From Lama guanicoe (Eukaryota), in assembly GCA_013239625.1 (NCBI GenBank), contig MU054163.1:62001-121651 (forward strand): a stretch of 59,651 bases of DNA. Direction: 5' to 3'. Below the pieces are notes generated by a model. That model made no database searches and was not told the origin of the DNA. It saw only the letters and a program-made list of their open reading frames with translations. The translations under genes were made by a program, and so were the position numbers. Shown one piece after another: positions 51,668 to 59,651 of the stretch (position 1 is the first letter of the stretch; each line of letters starts with the position of its first letter).

Positions 51668-53398
51668 CTATTCCGCATCCACGACCAGGGGTGTCATATA
51701 GTCAGAGTGTTTGATGCCAAAGGTGACGATGGGGGCACAGGGCTTGGTCACTGTCACCTAGGGGGGGAAAGCCTGTGAGGAGCTGGGCCCCTGCCCCCAC
51801 CCCGCAGGCTCTGCCCTCACTGGGGCTGGGACTGCTGAGGGCATTTCTACTTTCCCTCTTAAACCCCGGGCCGCAGTGACCAGCAGGAAGTTCACACTGC
51901 TAGGCTTGACCACAGAGCAGCACCCACTGTCACTAGTGCGTGGGGGTACTGAGGGACACAGAGCCCGCCAGCCGGGGAGAGGTCTGGTGCCGGAACGCGC
52001 AGTGTTCCGAGGGTGCCTGGCCACTGCGACTGTTGCGGGCTCACAGGCCCTTCCCCACGCCACCCCTCTGTGCCATGTCAGCCACCCCACCCCAGGCTAT
52101 GCTCCTGCCAGACCTTCTCGGGGCTGTGGGCTCCTGGTCCTGGCTTGGGAGTTTTGTCCCCCGGGGGCTCCACTCGGGCAGCCATGGTGTACTGTGGAGC
52201 CTTGAACTTAGTCACCTGGACGTCTGTCTGGCGGTAGGCCGCGGGACCTGGGGTCTGGGAGGTGAAAGAAGCTCAGAGAGGCTCAGCCTGCCAGGGCAGG
52301 GGACCCCAGAGGACAGGGCCAGCATCAGACAGTGGATTTCTGGCCCACTGTGTGTCTGTGTCTCTGTCTCAGGGGCCCCTTCTGTCTCTAGACGACAGCC
52401 ACACCATGGGACATTGCCCCAGTGCTGTGGGACCCCTTCCCTATGTGGGACATAACCCTCTCTTCAGCCTCACAGAGGCAATGACACCCTAGTCTGTGCC
52501 AGCCTCAGGCTTGTTCCTTCTATATGTGTGTGTGAGAGAGGCCTCTTCCTAGCTGGAACGCTGTCCTGTGGGACTCAAGGGCCATGGGCTGGGCTGGGCT
52601 GGTGTGGTCGGTGGTGCTGTGATGCCACTGTGCCAGGCTCCCCAGGCTCCCCAAGCTCCCGGGCACATGAGCACTTCAGGGCCTTTGCACTGGCTGTTTC
52701 TGCAGCCAGAACCCTCCTCCCCCAAATACGTCACAGTTTATTTTTCTCCTCTTTTCTCCTCAGGTTCCTACATGCCACCCTATCTAAGACTGATCCTCGC
52801 CCTTCAATCAGCACCCCATAAACCCTTCCCTGTTCATCCCTCCTCAGTACTGTTGCTGTATGCATGCCTGGTCTTGTCCTCTCTGTCCTTGTCCATTGTC
52901 TGCCCTCACCACTGGAATGTAACCCGAGGGTGGGTGGGGCTAGATGTGTGGCTGGTGGGTCCTAAGTTCTGGGGGAAGGGGTTATCTCTCTAGGGGGTAA
53001 GCAGTGCTCTGCCCCAGCTGGGCGACCCTTGCCTTGTGCAGATCATCGCTGAAGCTGCCCAGCTTGCTGCGGCCCTTTATGGAGAAGGAGGGCTGGGAGA
53101 CCTTGCCGACAGTGTGGGGCCCCATCACCACAGGCAGCATGTAGGCGGCGGGGCCTGTGGGGTGCACGAGCGTTGAATCCCAGACTGGGTTCTTCCCTGG
53201 GCTTTCCACCTACAGGAGGTCAGGCTGGGCCCCCTCACCCGCCCTACCCAGGAGCCCCAACCCACTCAGCCCTGGGCCACTGGGGCTGCTGCAGACCTGG
53301 GGTACTGTCCACTCGGAAGGTCTTGGTCCGGGCAGAGATGGAGTGGCTGGGTGCCGAGTCAAACACATGCCTGGTCGATTTCTCTGGAAAGTAGTCAC
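51668..53398 (-). pseudogene. ODF3: ODF3/CIMAP1A (SHIPPO1): four intact 3' coding exons, N-terminal coding exons not found (truncated gene or assembly defect)
   Basis: Exons 53297-53398 (DYFPEKSTRHVFDSAPSHSISARTKTFRVDSTP), 53033-53154 (GPAAYMLPVVMGP..DDLHK; GC donor), 52114-52254 (TPGPAAYRQTDVQ..PGPGAHSPEK), 51668-51757 (VTVTKPCAPIVTFGIKHSDYMTPLVVDAE*). AATAAA (-) at 51441-51446. Gene identity is high confidence; functional status is uncertain. Confidence 0.8.
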
Positions 53399-55149
53399 CT
53401 GGGGGTGTTGGGGAGGCATGGAGTGGGTGTGGGAGGGTGAGGACGATCCAAACAGATGCCTGGCCCTGCTCAGGCGCCTCAGGCGGGACCCCGACGTTGC
53501 AGGCGTGGGGCCTCTGGGCCCCAGTGGGTGGTGACTAGGGTTGTTCAAGGGGTGTCCCGGATGGAAATGCTGGCTGCGGGAGCCCGGGAGACAGGCGCCA
53601 GTTTTGAGGAGGGAGGGTGGGTCTGATGTGGGCCTGGGGTTAGGGTTAGGAAAGGCCCAGGTCACAGTTGGGCGTGAGAGTCTCAGAGGCTGCACTGGGG
53701 TCCCAGCTCCCCGACCCCGGCCTGATGGTGCCTCTTCACGAGGAGGAGGTGCGCCAGGAGGGTGGGGACAGCTGTGCTCCTCACACCCGTGGCTCACCAG
53801 GCCTGCAGTGGGCAAGGAGCAGTGGGCAAAGGTGGGGAACCTCTTGGATAAGACTCTGCCGTGGAGGCAGGGAGGGACCACTCCGGAAGGGCCCTTACCT
53901 CTTTGGTCCAGAAGCAGCACTCAGAGAGACCTACGGACCCAGCCTCCTCAGAGGCGGTCCTGCCACACCAGCCTTGCTGCCAGGGAGTTCCAGAAAAGGA
54001 GCGTGGAGAGGAAGGCCTCTCTTTCTCTCTCTTCTCCCCCTGGGGGCTTCAAGAATTGGGGAGGGGTCCCGGCCCCTGAGCTCTAGAATGTGGTTCTGTG
54101 GGATGGTAGGTTCTAGATCACCGCATGTATGATGGAGACAATGGCCTGGGCCCGAGGGACCCCACCCTTGCCATGCACGGCTCGGGTCCCAGGACTTTGC
54201 TTCACTCTTTGTGGTAGTGTGCTGGACAGAGGTGCAGGGGGCAGGAAAGAGGACAGCTAGGTCCTGGACTGGGACAGTGAGGCCTTGGGCCCTAGAGCCA
54301 GAGTGGCCCAGGAGTGAAGGTCGTGAGGGGCAGGCCTGCCCCCGGTGGAGACCACTGAGCTGGGGAAACTGAGGCACGGCAGGCTTTGGCCTTCGAGGGT
54401 CCTGGGACTCAGGGTGCAGTAGGGTAAGTGCTGGCGGGGGGGGGTGGGGTGGGGAGCTGGCACGGTTGCTTCTGCTTTCCTGAGGGACCCTCCTCTGACC
54501 TTGCTCTCCCTCCTGCTCATGATGGCTGTGCCCACCCGTCGGCCCCTGAGTGCCCTCAGTAGCAGGTTCCTCTTGGGGCTCCGGCTAGGGCTCTGCCTTT
54601 TTCCTTTGGTGACTTCTCAACACCCTAACCCGTGCCACGTGCATATTGTACATGTTTATTGTCTCAAAACAATAGTTTTCGGATGCACGTGCCCTCACCC
54701 AGCCTGTTACCCCAGCCCTGGCCACTTTGTTTCTGGGGCTCTTTGCCCCTCCCTGCTCTGAACCTCTGCCCCTGCCTCCGCCCGCTGCCTCTGCAGACCT
54801 TGGGTCCTGACACCTCCCTGCACTCACAAGTCTGCCTGTCTGTCTATCTTGCTCTGTCCCCCTGCCAACATGGGCATCTGCCTGGGTTTCCACTGGTGGG
54901 TCTTCCCTCTACGTGGGGTCACTTGTAGTGCATGCTCCACTCACGTGACCCTCTGTAGGTGCGTCTGTATGAGTGTGTAGTCCTGTCCCTGAGGGTGGGG
55001 AGAGACAGGAGCCAGAGCCTGAGCTACAGGAGACTTTATTGATTGGATGGTTTGAGGATAAAGTCAGGCTTGGGGAAGTGGTAGGGTGGAGCTGCCGTGG
55101 TTGCTTGTGTAGCTGGTCCTACGGCTGCTTGGAGCCATGTCTGCGTCCA

Positions 55150-56483
<1,334 letters not shown>

Positions 56484-58889
56484 GGCCAACAGCGGAGGCT
56501 CCTCAGGAACAGCCTCAGACGGCTTTATGCCTCACACACACGCTGTCCTGGGGGCGGGCCCGACCTGCCCATCAGGTCCTGGCCAGTGAAAGCACAGGTG
56601 CGGCAGCCGAGGGTGTGTCCTCGCCTGGCCCTGCAGGGGGTGCCGAGCAGCAAGGGGTCTGGGGTGTTGTGAGAGGGTGGCTGGTGGACACAGGTCAGGG
56701 GTCACATGAGCCTGGTCGGTGAGGAGGGACGGGGCCGGGGGGGAGGCCGAGGGCCTCCGGCCTCGCGTGGCTTGTGGCTGAGAGTGGCAGGCTTTCCCGC
56801 TGGGCCCAGGCATTTCTTTTGGGTGGGGAGTCCCCTCCCTGCTCAGCGCACTTCATGGGCTGGCGTTAGGCTGAGTCCTGAGACAGCCTGGAGGTCTCCA
56901 GTGGGGCAGGGGTGGGGGGTTTCCTGGGGGCTTCCAGGAGCCTATGGGTGTGTGTGATGGGAGGTGGGCCCAGGGCCACAGGAGGCCTGAAGTGGGCAAC
57001 CGTGTGCAGGGAACAGAGGGTGGGCCTGAGAGTGACCAAGGCGCCAAGAGCTGTGCCCTCTGCGGGGCCTGGTGGGATTACGTTGTCACCGCGGGAGGTG
57101 AGGAGGGGCTACAGTCTGAGACTCAGCTTCCCTCTGTGGTCAGTTCAGCTCAGGGCAGTCCAGGATCTGGGGGAGACAGTCCAATGTTACGATGGAGAAA
57201 GGGGGCTGGGGTACCTGGGCCACTAACCAGATGCTGGAGTCTGGCCCTTCCTTCGTGGGCCCGGCCCCTCTTCCCCTGTCCCGTGCTGCCACCTGGTGGC
57301 TGATGGCATCCTGCAGGACAGGCCCAGGGGCTCCTCGTTCAGCACTGACCTGCACCTCACCAAACCTCCAGACTGACCTTGTCTGGGCTAGTTACCACGA
57401 CATCACTAGCCACCCTGCCCCTCACTTGCCCCCAGCCGGCCCTAAGTCTGTCAGACTGCAGGCCCTTGTGTCCCCCGAGCGCATGGAACTTCTCGTTCAT
57501 TCAGGTGCCTGTTCCTAACAGGTATTCTGAATCCCCTTCGCTAACATGAAATGAAATCCTACTCACACACATAGTTCCCAGGAAATAGGAGACGTGATGT
57601 AAGATGAGCTCATCTGTAGCAGACAAAGTGGCTGTGTGGATGAGACTGACTGGGCAAATCTGAGCCCCTAGTCCCCAAGGGCCCCAGGGTTCTGGTCAGC
57701 GGGACAGCCTTTGCTCTGATTGGGCTCTGATGGACCTATCATCCTCTTTAGCTCAGTGGTCCTCTGGCTGCTCGCTGGGTCACCTGGAGAGACATTTCAA
57801 AGTGCTGTCCTGGGCTTTAGCAGAGCCTAGACCCATGGAAGCAGGGCCCCCAGGGGTGGGGCTGAATCCCTCCAGTCCTGATGGGGCTCCTCCTGCCCAG
57901 CATCCATTCCCCTTCCTCTCCGCTTTTCTCCCAGCCTCCAGGGTGCTGGTTTGATATATCAAAACCACTTTTTAATGACTTAAGTGAAGTTGTTTTAATC
58001 CACTTGGTTATGACAGAGACCAAAAAAAAAGTTATTTCGGAAAGTAAACTTGTTTTGATCTAGGAATGAAGTGAGCTGTGTCAGGATGTCACTCCCTAGC
58101 CACAGGGGACTGGATGTCAGCTCCTGGTTGGTTAAGCCGACTCTCAAGAACCTCACCTTGGGTGGGTCCTTAGTGCTGCCGTGACTTCCTAGACCCCCAG
58201 GATGGATGTCCTCAACATATGTGCTATGGCTGTGGTCACACTGCCCGGGAGGTCTTACCCTCTGGGCCTCAGCTCTTGTTTCACTGAGAAACTGAAGTAA
58301 TCAGAAGAAAAACTACACACAGTGCTATCAGCAAATCTACCACCCTGCCTTCACTTCCAGGTTAGTGTTTACTCCTGCTGCAGGAGAGGACCTGTCTTCA
58401 CACACACCATTGGCGGGCCTCCTGTCACTTCTCCCCAGATGAAGGCTCTGTCACCTCTTTCTGCAGTGTCATGTCTCCTCTCTACTGCACCATTCTCATC
58501 AGCATTTGCTCATGCTGTACCATCACCCATCTTTAAGCAGAACACATCAAAATAAAGGCACTCCCTGAATGCTAGTGCTGGAGGCTCCCCAGGCTCCTCA
58601 GACCACTGCCCCTCAGCCCTGTCTCGCTTTGGGCCCCCAGAGGCTCACAGCCTTCTGTTTTCTAACGGGAGGGAAAAATGGATTCTACATTCATTAGCTT
58701 TCTAAGCATGGAACTACTTTTAATGGAAAATTAAAATTCCTTTCCAAAAAAAAATCCCACAATGTTCTACCAATTCATAATGTATTTGGTTATAATTTTC
58801 ACAGATGTGCAAATACCAAGATCATATTTGTTGCCAACTGAAAATTGGCAGTTGCCATCCGTCTCTGCTTGGATTAAATCATGAGCCGC

Positions 58890-59568
58890 TGCAGCCACTG
58901 ACAGATATTACTATCCATCTCCAGAAATTTTTTACTTTCCTCAAGTGAAACTCTGTATCCTTAAGCACTAACTCCCATCAGCCCCTGGGAACTAATTTTT
59001 GTTTTTAATCTCTGAATTTGACTTTCCTGGATATCTCATGTAATTGGAATGATACGTTTGTCCTTCTGTGACCAACGTACTACATTTAGCATTGTGACTT
59101 TCAGGTTCATTCGTGCTGAAGCATGTGTCAGTATTACTTGAGTTTTCAGTGCTATCATATCACATTGTGTATGGACCACGCTTTACTTACCCTTTCACCT
59201 GTCGTTGGATACTTGGGTTGCTTCCACCTTGTGTAGCTGTGAATAATGCTTCTAAGGATATGAGGGTATAATCATCGGTTCCAGATGCTGCTTTCAAATA
59301 TATTGAGTATATAATGTGTGACTAGACAGAGCACATGTTAGCGCTGTTTCAGTTTTTCAGGAACCGTGGCATTGTTTTTCATGGTGCGTACACCATTTTA
59401 CTGTGTTCCTTTTATGGCAGGAGCATATAGTGGTTTAAGGATCTATGTCATTTTCTTGGTCCATTGTCCAGGTTGATGGACATTTGAACTGTTTCTATCT
59501 TATGCTGCTGTGAACACTGCTGCTATCAACATGTCTGAGCAATATATTCTCTAGGATATGTTTCCCAT
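58890..59568 (-). mobile_element. Old LINE-1 3' fragments next to the telomeric repeat
   Basis: Antisense L1MA/MB text: ccatctccagaa..gaaactctgtatcc..gcccctggga..ggatacttgggttgcttccacctt..gctgtgaataatgct. Confidence 0.8.
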
Positions 59569-59569
59569 G

Positions 59570-59651
59570 TTAGGGTTAGGGCTGCGATTGAGGTTGGGGT
59601 TACGGGTTAGGGTTAGGGTTAGGGTTGGGGTTAGGGTTAGGGTTAGGGTTA
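59570..59651 (+). repeat. Telomeric (TTAGGG)n with proximal variant repeats, running off the window end
   Basis: TTAGGG x2, CTGCGA, TTGAGG, TTGGGG, TTACGGG, TTAGGG x3, TTGGGG, TTAGGG x3, TTA. The G-rich strand runs toward the end, as expected at a chromosome terminus. Confidence 0.9.

Noticed and set aside
53540..53620. LLKTG / FHPG segments as possible remnants of the missing ODF3 exon (ILRTG..SILG)
   Set aside because: Spacing and flanking sequence do not align with the recalled exon and no splice sites fit; treated as chance.

Overview
Mammalian genomic DNA, most likely a camelid (two tRNA-Ala-derived SINEs resembling Vic-1, plus cetartiodactyl-type L1 3' tails), syntenic to the tip of human 11p15.5. 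Gene order is COX8B(+), PSMD13(-), SIRT3(+), RIC8A(-), BET1L(+), ODF3/CIMAP1A(-, incomplete), SCGB1C1(-), ending in TTAGGG repeats at the window edge. I reconstructed exons by hand from splice sites and remembered orthologous proteins. Six genes have intact spliced ORFs: COX8B 70 aa, PSMD13 376 aa, SIRT3 320 aa, RIC8A 528 aa, BET1L 111 aa, SCGB1C1 95 aa. Three observations stand out. (1) ODF3/CIMAP1A keeps four perfect 3' coding exons, but I could not find its first two coding exons (about 103 aa, including the start codon); the orphan exons are frame-compatible with the signal-peptide exon of upstream SCGB1C1. (2) Telomeric repeats start about 3.1 kb from SCGB1C1 with no subtelomeric buffer. 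(3) SIRT3 has a two-donor/two-acceptor 5' layout allowing mouse-like and human-like presequences. Most listed six-frame ORFs are spurious. Repeat family names and ortholog comparisons come from memory, not database searches, and repeat boundaries are approximate.
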